From Octopus vulgaris (lineage: Eukaryota): DNA of 64,000 bases. The stretch spans positions 17,608,001 through 17,672,000 of the forward strand of contig OX597833.1 of assembly GCA_951406725.2 (NCBI GenBank). Reading direction: 5' to 3'. A model generated the notes under the pieces. It saw nothing but the letters and a program-made list of their open reading frames with translations, searched no databases and was not told the DNA's origin. Both the position numbers and the translations under genes were made by a program. This document shows positions 13,431 to 31,556 of this stretch, one piece after another. The first letter of the stretch is position 1, and every line of letters starts with the position of its first letter.

Positions 13431-13609
13431 TGCGCAAATACACGCAATATATATATATATATATAAATATGCGCAAATACACGCACATACATATACACAC
13501 ACCCAAGTACGTGAACTAACGAAAAAGAAAGTAGCATTCAATATTAATACCTTGAGCTTTAAAGCAGGTTGACTCAGATTCATCATCACCATCACTCTAA
13601 ACCTAAACA

Positions 13610-13645
<36 letters not shown>

Positions 13646-13934
13646 ATGTGTGCGTGTGTGTGTGAATGTGTGTGTGTGTGTATGTATTTCTCTCCAGTCC
13701 AAAAAGTATTGTCACCAAAGCAGGCTGAATGTCTACTCAGCCGTGCCAAAATCATCAGCGTCAAAACAGCTGCGCCAAATCGTCTCTTTCCGCCAAGAAA
13801 CCATCAAATTCAGATTTACGTGCTAGTCATAACCTGCCTACTTAGTGGTTAGAATGTCAGCATCATGATCGTAAGATTGTGGTTTCGATTCCTGGATCGG
13901 GCGACGCGGTGTGTTCTTGAGCAAAACACTTCAT
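12904..13934. repeat. Inverted duplication with arms of about 465 bp (12904-13369 / 13467-13934) around a (TA)n loop
   Basis: Arms are reverse complements apart from 2 substitutions seen and microsatellite length differences. Confidence 0.95.
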
Positions 13935-14335
13935 TTCACGTTACTCCAGTTCACTCAGCCGGCAAAAATGAGTAACGCTGCGATGGACTGGCGTCCCGTC
14001 CAGCTGGGGAACACATACGCCATTGAAACCGGGAAACCGGGCCCATGAGCCTGGCTAGGCTTTAAAAGGGCGCATTGTAAAGGCGCGTGGCTTAGTGGTT
14101 AGGGTGTCAGCATCATGATCGTAAGATTGCGGTTTCGATTCCTGGATCGGGCGACGCGTTGTGCCCTTGAGCAAAACACTTCATTTTACGTTGCTCCAGT
14201 CCACTCAGCTGGTAAAAATGAGTAACGCTGCGATGGACTGGCGTCCCGTCCAGCTGGGGAACACATACGCCATTGAAACCGGGAAACCGGGCCCATGAGC
14301 CTGGCTAGGCTTTAAAAGGGCGCATTTATTTATTT
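13840..14335 (+). mobile_element. Two head-to-tail SINE family C copies
   Basis: Direct repeat of about 248 bp. Confidence 0.88.
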
Positions 14336-14544
14336 ATTTTTATTTATGATACGAGTTCAAATCCGGCCGAAGTTGACTTTTCCTTTGATCAAATACAAGG
14401 TTCATTTGCCCCCTCGTCTCCTCAGAAAATAAAATGTACCCCTCCCCTCAAATAAAGATACTTTGTATCCGATAGAGAGAAATTTATATCACTTTAATTA
14501 AACATCCACATGTGCATGAGTGCGTATGCCCATGTATAAGCGAA

Positions 14545-14870
14545 GGCGCGTGGCTTAGTGGTTAGGGCATTCGGTTCACGATCGTAAGATCATGAGTTCG
14601 ATTCTCGGCAGCGCGTTGTGTCCTTGAGCAAGGCATTTTATTTCATGTTTCTCCAGTCCACTCAGCTGGCAAAAATGAGTTGTACCTGTAATACAAAGGG
14701 GCCAGCCTTGTCACATTCTGTATCACCCTGAATCTCCCTGAGAACTACGTTAAGGGTACGCGTGTCTGTGGAGTGCTCAGCCACTTGCACGTTAATTTCA
14801 CGAGCAGTCTGTTCCGTTGACCGGATCGACTGGACCAGTCATCGTCGCAACCGACGGAGTGCCAGCGTAT
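14545..14870 (+). mobile_element. tRNA-derived SINE, family C head with a different tail
   Basis: Head GGCGCGTGGCTTAGTGG. A decayed inverted homolog lies at about 55690-55980. Confidence 0.8.
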
Positions 14871-14924
14871 GTGTAATTTTAAAGAAATACGAAACATTAC
14901 GAAACATTACGAAATACGAAACAT

Positions 14925-15330
14925 AGGCGCAGGAGTGGCTGTGTGGTAAGTAGCTTGCTAAACAACCACATGGTTCCGGGTTCAGTCCCACTGCGTGGCA
15001 TCTTGGGCATGTGTCTTCTGCTATAGCCCCGGGCCGACCAATGCCTTGTGAGTGGATTTGGTAGACGGAAACTGAAAGAAGCCTGTCGTATATATGTATA
15101 TATATATATATGTATGTGTGTTTGTGTGTCTGTGTTTGTCCCCCTAGCATTGCTTGACAACCGATGCTGGTGTGTTCATGTTCCCGTCACTTAGCGGTTC
15201 AGCAAAAGAGACCGATGGAATAAGAACTGGGTTTACAAAGAATAAGTCCCGGGGTCGATTTGCTCGACTAAAGGCGGTACTCCAGCATGGCCGCAGTCAA
15301 ATGACTGAAACAAGTAAAAGAGTAAAGAGT
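14925..15330 (+). mobile_element. Full-length SINE family A
   Basis: Near-identical to 6023-6416. Confidence 0.9.
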
Positions 15331-15558
15331 AACAGAGTATTACAATGTTATTATAAAACCTGTGCTTCTCCGTTCCCTTTTATAATAACTTTATTACACA
15401 CACCCAAATATTTTTGTGCTCACTTTTTGACGCAGTGTCTATATAAGAACGAGTAGTGGTGGTGGTGGTGGTAGTAGTAGTAGTGGTGGTAGTGCTGGTG
15501 GTGTTAGTAGAAGTAGTCCTAGTAGTAGTAGTAGTAGCCCTAATAGTAGTAGTAGCCC

Positions 15559-15610
<52 letters not shown>

Positions 15611-16254
15611 TGTTGTTGTTGTTGTTGTTGTCCTCGTCGTCGTCGTATCAGCAGCAGCAGCTGCATCGATGCCAGTAAATATGGCAGAGAGGAAGTTGCG
15701 TTTCAGACTTTTTCCATGTTCGTAACCCAAGTTTTTCACCGCTTCATTTCCCTCGCTAATGGCTTTGAGATAGGAGTGACTGTCACGCGATTTCATTTCC
15801 TCATCCCTTAGGGAATGGAATCGCAGAGTTCTAAACTAAATAACTTGCATTCAATAAAGTACAGACTCAGTACAATAAATACCTGTAATGTCTTCATTTC
15901 GGCATCCGTGTCTCTCCTCACCTACGGTCATGAATCATAGACAATGGCCGAAGGAGTACGACCGCAAATATATGTTTCTTTATTGCCCACAAGGGGTTAA
16001 ACATAGAGGGGACAAACAAGGACAGACAAACGGATTAAGTCGATTACATTGACCCCAGTGCGTAACTGGTATTTAATTTTATCGACCCCTAAAGGATGAA
16101 AGGCAAAGTCGACCTTGGCAGAATTTGAACTCAGAACGTAACGGCAGACGAAATACGGCTACGCATTTCGCCTGGCATGCTAACGGTTCTGCCAATATAA
16201 GCGGTCGAAATGGGGTTTCCCCCTAAGAATCTCTGGAGTAACGTTACTGGACTG

Positions 16255-16822
16255 CAGGGGCGGGATCTTTTCGGTTTGACCGGCAGTTTTTTTTTTTATA
16301 ATTTCCACGTAACTAAACACTTTTAAACTTCGTTTACTGGTAGAATGTGTTTATAAAACATCTTTTTCTCTTGGCTTTATTGAGAAAATTCTGTAGTTTG
16401 TATGATATTTGTTGGGTTATTTTTCTTCAATTTCTGCAATTTCAACCAATCAATGATGTCTATTGAGGTGAAAATATTCTGTGCCGTATGAATATGTCCC
16501 TCGTTTAAGAAACAGATTGGGTTTATTTACATTTCTGAAGAAAAAAAGTTACCCCACCCCTAACCCTAACCCTAAAACAGATTGAAATGCAATAGATCGA
16601 TACTAGGGTCATAATTATGGGTGACAATTTCATATGACACCGCTAGAACTGCCGGTCAAACCGAAAAGATCCTAAAGGCGGACTGAAAGTAATAAGGGCC
16701 CTCGGGCATAACTGTTTACCTCTTAGCATTGATTTGGTGGAGTAAACATATAGAGTGCGGGCCCTTCAGAGTTCCGGGCCTTCGGGCAGTACCCGATTGA
16801 CCGACGGCTCAGTCTGCCCCTG
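16255..16822. mobile_element. hAT-type MITE with 8-bp TSD, interrupted in its left TIR
   Basis: CAGGGGCG[insert]GGCGGACTG...CAGTCTGCCCCTG. Flanks CTGGACTG / CTCGACTG (7 of 8 match). Confidence 0.75.
16263..16672. mobile_element. MITE with 26-bp TIRs and internal (CCCTAA)3
   Basis: GGATCTTTTCGGTTTGACCGGCAGTT ... AACTGCCGGTCAAACCGAAAAGATCC. Confidence 0.88.
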
Positions 16823-17568
16823 CTCGACTGGGTGCGTAAGTTGGAGGTCAAGGAATCTGTCCTGGTCGTGATGTTATTTCTCTGCATTTAGATATCATAG
16901 CTCCGGCGCTACGGACATGTGATAGAATGTTCCTGGAAAGAATCGCAAGGCGGATTCTTTAAGCCAAGCTAACCCGACAGGAGACCAAGGTGGGCAGACC
17001 AAGAACGAAATATCTGAATAATATTCGAAGTTTTAGTTGGCCACACTCTAGAATTCAAAAGAAAATTATAATGACCGTTGCCTCTGATAGAACCCTATGG
17101 AAAGGGTATCTGAAGATTCTATCCTCACAGACCTTCTAGAAATAGAGGGCAGAGAAGAGGGCTGGATAACTGGCTGGAATTCGATTGAATATATTATTTC
17201 ACTACTAACATGTGACCTGCTCTGTGACAATATTAACTCTCTGAACACTACATTTTTTTTACCTTTCACATATTTCGGTCATTGGACTGCGCCCGTGCTG
17301 GGGCACCGCCTTGAAGGGTTTGAGTCGAACAATTCGGCGCCAGTACTTATTTTTCTTTTTTTTTTAATTGGGCGGTGATGGGGGGGACAAGTACACAAAG
17401 AAACACACAAACATATATACATATATATATATACGACGGGCTTCTTTCAGTTTCCGTTTACCAAATCCAATCACAAGGCTTTGATCGACCCGAGACTATA
17501 ATAGCAGACAATTGCCCAAGGTACCACGCAGTGCGACTGAATCCGGAGCCACCCACTCCTGCGACTAT

Positions 17569-17643
<75 letters not shown>

Positions 17644-17900
17644 CGCACACACAAAACAATTATAAAGCGTATGGAGATTTTTTTTCTTTTCAAATTAGCA
17701 GTTAATTATACCGCATAATTAGTTTGTTAAAATGAGAGACACGTGTTCCTGCTGCATAGAATATGTGCAGTTGTACCCTAAGTGATCATTGGTGCTTCTT
17801 AATACTAGATGTGGTTAGCCGGAACTGGGGCGATACATGAGAGCTGTTACGGTACACGCCTGGTAAATTTATCTCTTTTTAGTCATCGTATATATATATT

Positions 17901-17901
<1 letters not shown>

Positions 17902-17999
<98 letters not shown>

Positions 18000-18004
18000 G
18001 TAGG

Positions 18005-18060
<56 letters not shown>

Positions 18061-18061
18061 A

Positions 18062-18140
<79 letters not shown>

Positions 18141-18291
18141 TGTTTCTTTATTAGCCACACACGGCTGAACACAGAGGGGACAAATTACAAAGTAGAGCTT
18201 TTATTTTGGGGGAGGAAAAAATATAGGGGGTTGGGTTTTCGATCGAAAGGGGTCGTAAAAAAAACGATCAATAGGGATCGTGTATCACAGA

Positions 18292-18363
<72 letters not shown>

Positions 18364-18395
18364 GCAGACAGACAGACAGACAGACAGACAGACAG
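17902..18395. repeat. (GATA)n/(GACA)n tracts containing a dispersed repeat (about 18140-18292, homolog about 24255-24378)
   Basis: Direct reading. Shared CGATCAATAGGGATCGTGTATCACAGAA. Confidence 0.85.
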
Positions 18396-18701
18396 TCAGA
18401 CTGAAGATGTATTTCCTTCTTTACTTTATTATCTAATGAATAGACGGTGATTAACACACTGAAAATAACTGATGTACTTGAACTTGTCACAAGAAATGAA
18501 CAACAACCTATATGGAATATCACGATTTGGTTAGCTGGATTATATTTCCACAGTGCTTAAGGAGATATTTGCCTGGATTTAATTGATACCTATTTTTCTT
18601 CGTATATCTAAATATATATATATATATGTGTGTGTGTTTGGTGTGTGTGTGTGTGGAGAGAGAGAGAGAGAGAGAGAGAGAAGAGAGAGAGAAGAGAGAG
18701 A

Positions 18702-18735
<34 letters not shown>

Positions 18736-18814
18736 AAGCTAGATGGATTGATGGATGGATGTATGAATGGATGGATGGATGGATGGATGGATAGATAGAT
18801 AGATAGATAAGTAG

Positions 18815-18896
<82 letters not shown>

Positions 18897-18952
18897 ATGT
18901 GTGTGTATATGTGCGTGTGTGTGTGTCTAGATAAATAGGTAGATAGACGTGC

Positions 18953-19006
<54 letters not shown>

Positions 19007-19462
19007 CTATGCACATATACACACACAAACACACATACGCGCGCACACGCGCACACACATGGCTGAATTATATATATATATATACATGTGTGTGTATATA
19101 TATATATATATAATACACAAGAGCGAGCATGTGAATTATGCATTTGTGTGTGTATGTGGTGTGTGTGTGTGTGTGTGTGTGTGTGAGTGTGTGTGCGTGC
19201 GTAAGCCTATGCATACCTGTCAATGCCATGTATGTAAATCTAACGGAGACCACAAATGACATTTTAAGATCCACGGAGAGCAGAACCTAACTGTAGCTCC
19301 TGGTGGTTCAAATCTGCAATGCAATCCATGTGGGTGTCTTTTCAAAACGTCATCTGGTTTAAAAAGCTAAATCAGACGCCATGATGGATCTAAGGTCTAA
19401 GTACAAGAGTTGATCAGACTCTGCATAAGCAGTGGACAAGCACCTTATTTATATGTATACAT

Positions 19463-19517
<55 letters not shown>

Positions 19518-19577
19518 TGTGTGTGTGTCTGTGTCTGTGTGTGTCTGTGTGTCTGTGTGTGTCTGTGTGTGTGTAGT

Positions 19578-19895
19578 GGAGGCGCAATGGCCCTGTGGTT
19601 AGGGCAGCGCACTCGCGGTCGGAGGATCGTGGTTTCGATTCCCAGGCCGGGCGTTGTGTTTGTATATTGAGCGAAAACACCTAAAGTTCCACGAGGCTCC
19701 GGCAGGGGGTGGTGGCGACCCTTGTTGTACTCTTTCGCCCCAACTTTCTCTCACTCTTTCTCTTCCTGTTTCTTGAGTAACGCTGCGATGGACTGGCATC
19801 CCGTCCAGCTGGGTGGGGAGGGGGGGGGGGAAACGCCACAGAAACCGTGAAACCGGGCCCATGGGTCTGGCTAGGCTTGAAAGGGGCACATAAAT
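19578..19895 (+). mobile_element. tRNA-derived SINE (same head family as 1519-1823, 5266 and 22427)
   Basis: Head GGAGGCGCAATGGCC...GTGGTTAGGGCAGCG, A-rich tail. Confidence 0.85.
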
Positions 19896-20619
19896 AAAAA
19901 AAAAAGTAAGTGCGTGTCTGTGTGTATGTATGTTTGTATGTATGTATATGTGTGTATGTATGTATGTATGTATGTATGTATGTTTATATGTGTTTGTATG
20001 TTTGTATATGTGTGTATGCGTGCGTGTGTGTGTATTTATTAGGATTAAGCTACCAATATGTATAACGATGTCCGAGTAAGGGAGACAACTCTAAATATTT
20101 CTCGTTTCTAACTAAATGATTGTCACAAGCCACATTCCACTTATGTTCCCTTTCGCTCCCCACTGTCACCCACTACCTTCTCGCATTCACACTTCTCATT
20201 CACTCCCTCACACACATCAACACATCACATCAGCACCACTACCCTACGCCAATATCCTTCGGCACTTGCGCGTGCCTACATACACACACAGAAGCCCACA
20301 CAAGACACTACCTCCTAAACGCCCGTCACAAAACAGGACACATTCCTATACTTCCACATACACACGCTACTCCAATTTTTCTTATCTTTGCCATCGAACC
20401 GCATCCACACTCCCCTCCTAACGCCCTAGCTTCTTCGTTTTTCCCACGAACTTTCTCATTTCACTGCACTTTAATTTTTTTTCTGTTGATGGAGGATTAA
20501 TGTCCGAAACGTAAAGTCTGTTTCCATTCCATTTAAGTGTTAAGCTGATTCAGTATTCCCTACATTTTCCCAAAAATTGTAGGGTCTTCTTTTTACTTAC
20601 TCCCATCTTTTATTGTTCA

Positions 20620-25330
<4,711 letters not shown>

Positions 25331-25428
25331 GACATTCCGACAGACAGTCAGATCGATATCCTTACAATTAAAAAAAAAACAATTAAATAAGCAAATAAAT
25401 AGATATAACACTTTATCTTTTTACTTAC

Positions 25429-25453
25429 CTGATAGAAAGTGTTTCCCAGCCAT
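25429..25453 (-). CDS. Candidate short first coding exon (MAGKHFLS-) of an unidentified leftward gene
   Basis: AGG-ATG-G start context, 25 nt open frame, consensus donor CAG|GTAAGT, within a stretch of unique sequence. No downstream exon identified. Confidence 0.25.
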
Positions 25454-26222
25454 CCTTACAGAACGTAAAATCGTAAGAGAAGAAAAATACGATAGACACA
25501 CACTTCCTCCGTGTAAACTCCCAAAGGTTCCAACTTTTACAACTGCTTACTTTTTTTTGTTTTACTTGTATATTTATAATTTTTACTGGGTTTTCTTCTT
25601 TTTTTATTTGACTATGTAATTATTTTTTTTTTCCAAGGCACAGCTAATATTTGTGAGAAGTGAGAGAGAGAGAGGCAGAGAAAGAGCGGTGGCTGTTTGT
25701 AAAATGCAGGCCCAAGCCACTCACTTTATTCGGCTTGTCAATAATAAATGCTACTGTTTGCAGTCTCTCACACGTGAACGTAACTTCTCCCCTACTTTTA
25801 CTGTTTGTTGTTGTTTTTATTGTTGTTGTTGTTGTTGTTGGTAGTGGTGGTGGTGGTGTTGTTGTTTTGTCTTGTTTTGGGGGGTTTTTTTTTACTTCTG
25901 TTTGAACATAACTATTTGTTGTTAGTTGTGTGTTTGGTGTGTAGATACGATGATACGAGCAGTGAGGTACATGGATGGATGGATGGATGGATGGATGGGT
26001 GGGTGGGTGGATGGATGGACGGATGGATGGATGGATGGACGGATGGATGGACGGATGGACGGATGGATGGGTGGACGGACGGACGGACGGGCGGATGGAC
26101 GGATGGACGGATGGACGGATAGATGGACGGACGGACGGATGGACGGATGGATGCTTATACATATGTAGTTATACTTAAATAATATGTATGTACGTACATA
26201 TGTATTTATATATGTATGGTTG

Positions 26223-26637
26223 TCTATATATATATAAATATATATATATATAAAGCTGAAGTTGTCTGTGTATGGCAGGTTTGGTAGCCTTCAACAAACA
26301 CTATCTCCTCCGAGACCCTGTAGCGCAAGTTGACCAACATTGAGAGTATGATAGAAGAAGGCTTGCTCTCCCTTCCATAGAAGAAAAAATTCAATTCGGA
26401 CCATGTTGACACCAAATATTATTTACATCAAAAAAGTGCTTTTTTTCTATGAAAATCCCTATTTTTTTTACAATTTTTTGACTGCTGTGTCGTCATTTTT
26501 CGATGTATTTCAACCAGAAAAATGTTCACTTAAAGAGAATAACAAGATACATAATGCAAAATTTTTACTTTTCAGAAATTCCAATTCTAAAGGGTCGAAA
26601 AGAAAACAAGCCCGAGCAACGCTGGGCTATGCTGCTA

Positions 26638-26638
<1 letters not shown>
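26223..26638 (+). mobile_element. Non-autonomous Helitron
   Basis: 5' TC(TA)n, 3' hairpin GCCCGAGCAACGCTGGGC followed by CTAG|T. Second copy at 51759-52160. Confidence 0.8.
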
Positions 26639-26701
<63 letters not shown>

Positions 26702-26890
26702 GCACAATCGCTTGACAACCGATGCTGGTGTGTTTACGTTCCCGTAACCCAACGGTTCGGCAAACGGGACCGATAGAATAAGCACTAGGCTTACAAAGAA
26801 TAAGTCCTGGCGTCGATTTGCTCAACTAAAAGCGGTGCTCCAGCATGGCCGCAGTCAAAGTAAAAAGAAGATAAAGAAGAAAAAAGGAGA

Positions 26891-26953
<63 letters not shown>

Positions 26954-27184
26954 TATTCCTTGTCAGTACATAGGTATGCAATTATGTGTTTTGCAGCATC
27001 AGAGCGTTTTAGCTCTTATTTCTAGCAATGTACGTGTTTCTAACGCGCAAATCATACTTCGTGACAATTAGTTTCCCTTTTTCATAGAACATTGCACACG
27101 GCTGTCTGAATTAATTTTATGCGCGCGCGCGTGCGTGTGTGTGTGTGTGTGTGTGAATATATATATATGTGTGCGTGTGTGTAC

Positions 27185-27271
<87 letters not shown>

Positions 27272-27454
27272 AAGAGAGAGAAAAGAGCGGAAGAGAGAAA
27301 CAGGAATATTGGATTGTTGATAGAGAAAGCAAGGTGTGTGTGTATGTGTGTGTGCATGTGTGTATGTGTGTGTGTGTATGTATGTATGTATGTATGTATG
27401 TATGTGCATATATATTCACATATATATATATGTATGTGTATATATATATTCACA

Positions 27455-27487
<33 letters not shown>

Positions 27488-28124
27488 ATATAGAAAGCGA
27501 GGTGTGTGCGCGCGCGCGAGTATTTGAGAGAGATAAAGAGAGAGTGAGGGAGTGAGAGTCAGAAGGAGAAAGATAGAGAGGTAAAAAGAAATAGAGAGAG
27601 AGAGAGGAGGGGGTTGAGGAAATAGAAAAGTATAAAAAAAGAAAAAAAGGAGTGTGGAAAGAGAAAAACAAAAATGGTCGTTTAAGGAAGAATATGATAG
27701 GATGAAGATGATGAGGGAGAACTCAAGATGATGAGGGGAACTTTAATAGTGTGAGAGACAGAGTAGGCGAGTGGCGTTAGGGTTAGGGTTAGGGTTAGCC
27801 TTGTAAGAGAGGGTCTCTTTATCGCGGTGCCAACGGGCGGAAAGAGACGTGAGGGTGGCGAGGCGGCGGCGGAGGGAGACGGCCATCCGCTGGTAAAAAA
27901 AAAGTCCCCCGAAACAAGAATAAAACGAAAGGAACATCGTTATTTGGCAGAGGACAAGATCAGACGAGTTTGTTTAGGGTTTGCAGGGGAAGGGGGGAGT
28001 TTATTTTTTTTATTTTTTGTTTCTTGTTTTTCTTGTTGCTTATTTTTTCTTCTTCTTCTTGTTTTATAGCAAGCATCTCGACGACAGCAGCAGGAGGAAC
28101 AATAAAAAAACAACAAAACAACTC

Positions 28125-28159
28125 AGTTGTAGTAGTATCAGTAGTTGTGGAGGTGTTGA

Positions 28160-28202
<43 letters not shown>

Positions 28203-28248
28203 GGTGATGATGGTAGTAGTAGTAGTAGTAGTGGTGGTAGTGGTGATG

Positions 28249-28280
<32 letters not shown>

Positions 28281-28314
28281 GGTGGTGGTGGTGGTGGTGG
28301 TGGTGGAAGTGGTT

Positions 28315-28385
<71 letters not shown>

Positions 28386-28473
28386 GGTGGTGGTGGTGGT
28401 AGTAGTGGTGGTAGTAGTAGTCGTTGTAGAAGTGGTGGTGGTGTTGGTAGTGGTAGTAGTAGTAGTAGTAGTG

Positions 28474-28516
<43 letters not shown>

Positions 28517-28565
28517 CAGTAGTAGTAGTAGTAGCTGCTGCCTTTGTTATTGTTATTGTAGTTGA
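28125..28565. repeat. (GTA)n/(GTG)n compound microsatellite
   Basis: Direct reading. Confidence 0.97.
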
Positions 28566-28799
28566 TGTTCCCGCTGCTTTTGAAGGCTCTTTGCGCATTT
28601 AAACGCTTAACTTGAGCGAGACCCGTGTGAGGACGGACACACACACAGCCACAAGCATACATGCATACGCACACACCCACGTGTTTACGCTTCTGTCTGT
28701 ATATAAATATTGTCGTGGCTGTGTGGTAAGAAGCTTCCTTCCCAACCACATGGTTCCGGGTTCAGTCCCACTGCGTGGCACCTTGGGCAAGTGTCTTCT

Positions 28800-29222
28800 C
28801 ATTTCTTTATTACCAACAAGGACCTAAACATAGAGGGGACAAACAAGGACAGACAAACGGATTAAGTCGACTATATCAAACCCAGTGCGTAACTAGTACT
28901 TAATTTATCGACCCCGAAAGGATGAAAGGCAAAGTCGATCTCGGCGGAATTTGAACTCAGAACGTAGCGGTAGACGAAATACCTATTTCTATTTCTTTAC
29001 TACCCACAAGGAGCTAAACACAGAGGGGACAAACAAGGACAGACAAACGGATTAAGTCGATTATATCGACCCCAGTGCGTAAGTGGTACTTAATTTATCG
29101 ACCCCGAAAGGATGAAAGGCAAAGTCGACCTCGGCAGAATTTGAACTCAGAACGTAGTGGCAGACGAAATACCGCTTAGCATTTCGCCCGGCGTGCTAAC
29201 GTTTCTGCCAGTTCACCGCCTT
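28800..29222 (-). mobile_element. SINE family B with internal tandem duplication of about 180 bp, inserted into a family-A SINE
   Basis: Body repeated twice, same dimeric form as 41690-42105. The host SINE resumes at about 29222. Confidence 0.85.
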
Positions 29223-29293
29223 CTACTATAGCCTTGGGCCGACCAAAGCCTTGTAAGTAGATTTGGTATACGGAAACTGCAAGAAGCCCATGG

Positions 29294-29338
<45 letters not shown>

Positions 29339-29470
29339 TTGTTGCAGTGTTTGTCCTACACCACCGCTTAATAATCGGTGTTGGTGAGTTTAGGTTGGTG
29401 AGAGACCGATAGAATAAGTACAAAGAATAAGTCCTGGTGTCGATTTCTTCGACTAAAGTCAAATGACTGA

Positions 29471-29504
<34 letters not shown>

Positions 29505-29709
29505 ACGGGAAGCTTTATGAAAATAAACAAAAGACGAAGGCAGGTGGAAAACAAACGAACAATTGTATTAGTATGGCGCTCAGGAAATATAAATAAAACA
29601 AGTCTTTAACGTTTCGAGCCTACGCTCTTCAACAGAAAGATACACAGAGAGAAAAACACAGAAAGAAGGAGAGAAAAAAATGCGTGCAGTAGCTAACGAA
29701 TCAACATGG

Positions 29710-29712
<3 letters not shown>
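29505..29712 (-). mobile_element. (TA)n-embedded Penelope-like terminal fragment with hammerhead motif (29603-29640)
   Basis: Minus strand TCTTT-CTGTTGA-A-GAGC-GTAG-GCTC-GAA-ACGT-T-AAAGA: stems I and II pair, stem III is palindromic, core A6 is substituted. Confidence 0.65.
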
Positions 29713-29753
<41 letters not shown>

Positions 29754-29756
<3 letters not shown>

Positions 29757-29927
29757 GGTCCCGGGTTGAGTCGGGGTTAACCACAGTAAATAAGGTACTC
29801 AATACATAGCAGAGTAAATTAATTTATTTTATAGAAGGAGCTTCTACAGGACTAGAGCTGTTTCATTCAAAAGAAATCATCAGGAAGCTATGAAACAGCT
29901 CTAGTCCTGTAGAAGCTCCTTCTATAA

Positions 29928-29932
<5 letters not shown>
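29754..29932. mobile_element. (TA)n-embedded fold-back element with 43-bp perfect arms and a hammerhead-like motif
   Basis: Arms 29824-29866 / 29890-29932. Minus strand CTGATGA-TTTC-TTTT-GAAT-GAAACAGCTC. Confidence 0.7.
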
Positions 29933-29981
<49 letters not shown>

Positions 29982-30650
29982 CACTTTGATTAATTTTGGC
30001 CAGAATAGAGCCAGGACCATGTCTGAATTAATAAGCTCCAGACAGTTTTACTTCTATCTAAGCAAACGCACCCCTATAATAGACTAGCCATGTTTCTGCT
30101 CGACTAACAGTCTAATTAACTTCGCTTTCTAAATTACCCATCATCCTGTTCTTTATTTATTTAGGCTTAATTAACTAACTTCCCATTTCGTCATCTTACA
30201 TATTTATCACAAATTCGTAGGTGTGTGCAGGGCCGGATTAAAACCCATGGAGGCCCTAAGCACTCAAAAGATTTTGGTGTCTCCATATTTAATTCGAAAT
30301 GTAAACAATAATAAACAGTAAAATAAATTTCTATTTTACAAAATGGAACGAAACTCACAGTAAGATGGGAAAAAATATTTATTTCTGTTTACTTCCACTT
30401 TATTTATATTTGATAAGGTTCCTCTTATCTTTTTTTTATTGCAAAATCTTTGATCAGATTCTCAAAATTAATCTTACGCAAAACATCCGCTTCTACGCTT
30501 TGTAGAGATAAAGGCATCCCGAATATTATTTCAGCAAGTTTAAACTGATTTCTTTTGTGCCGTAGACCTTTTACCATTTCTGTGGTGCGCTGGATTAACC
30601 ATGAAGCAAAATAAGCACGAGCTTAGGGCACCAAGGGAAGTGTGTGTGTG

Positions 30651-30711
<61 letters not shown>

Positions 30712-31123
30712 TGCCTTCTCACCACCACCACTTGACAACTGATGTTGAAGTGTTTATGCCCCCAACCCCGAAACTTAGCGGTTCGGCAAAAGTGACTGAT
30801 AGAATAAGTACTAATCTTACAAAGAATAAGTCCTAGGGTCGATTTCTTCGACTAAGGGTGGTGCTCCAGCTTGTTCGCTGTCAAATGACTGAAACGTGTA
30901 AAAGATTAATAGATGTATGTATGTATGTATGTATGTATGTATATATGCATGTATGTATAGGCGCAGGAGTGGCGGTGTGGTAAGTAGCTTGCTTACCAAC
31001 CACATGGCTCAGGGTTCAGTTCCACTGCGTGGCACCTTGGGCAAGTGTCTTCTACTATAGCCTCGGGCCGACCAAAGTCTTGTGAGTGGATATGGTAGAC
31101 GGAAACTGAAAGACGCCCGTCGT

Positions 31124-31300
31124 ATTTTTTCCTCTGTCTTCCCTTCTCTGGATCTTTCCTTCTCCTATGTTTCCGACGAAAAGCTCCGCTCGAAACGTTA
31201 AACCCTCCTTCTTTCCTTCTTTCCTGAGCGTCCAATAATACTATATTTGTTCCACGTCCTCGCGTTGTGTTTTTTTGTGCTTTCTTGTTTGGATTAACTA
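31124..31300 (+). mobile_element. Penelope-like terminal fragment inserted in the internal TA tract of a family-A SINE (30958-31535)
   Basis: Homologous to 58468-58850. Mutated hammerhead GTTT-CCGACGA-AAAGC-TCC-GCTC-GAAACGTT-AAAC at 31169-31203. Confidence 0.75.
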
Positions 31301-31556
31301 TATATATATAAGTATGTGTATGTATATGTTTGTGTGTCTGTGTTTGTCACCTCAACATCGCTTGACAACCGATGTTGGTGTGTTTACATCCCCGTGATTT
31401 AGCGGTTCGGCATAAGAGAGACCGATAGAATAAGTACTAGGCTTACAAAAAAATAAGTCATGGGGTCGATTTGCTCGACTAAAGGCGGTGCTCCAGCATG
31501 GCCACAGTCAAATGACTGAAACAAATAAAAAGAGTACAAAAAAGGAGTATGTGTGT

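Larger units (their letters stand above)
16201..17060 (+). mobile_element. RTE-clade LINE 3' remnant interrupted by nested MITEs
   Basis: Joined translation RISGVTLLDWVR...LRRYGHVDRMFLERIARRIL*AK...GRPRTKYLNNI. Confidence 0.7.

Noticed and set aside
14081-14160. tRNA-like sequences at SINE heads (here and elsewhere)
   Set aside because: They continue into SINE bodies and lack a complete acceptor stem, so they are not tRNA genes.
20483-20516. TTGATGG-A-GGAT-TAAT-GTCC-GAAACGT hammerhead-like motif
   Set aside because: The core has two changes and there is no stem I. It may be a decayed PLE terminus but is too weak to call.
27776-27798. (TTAGGG)3-4 as a telomere
   Set aside because: Too short and interstitial. 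A similar tract occurs inside the MITE at about 16558.
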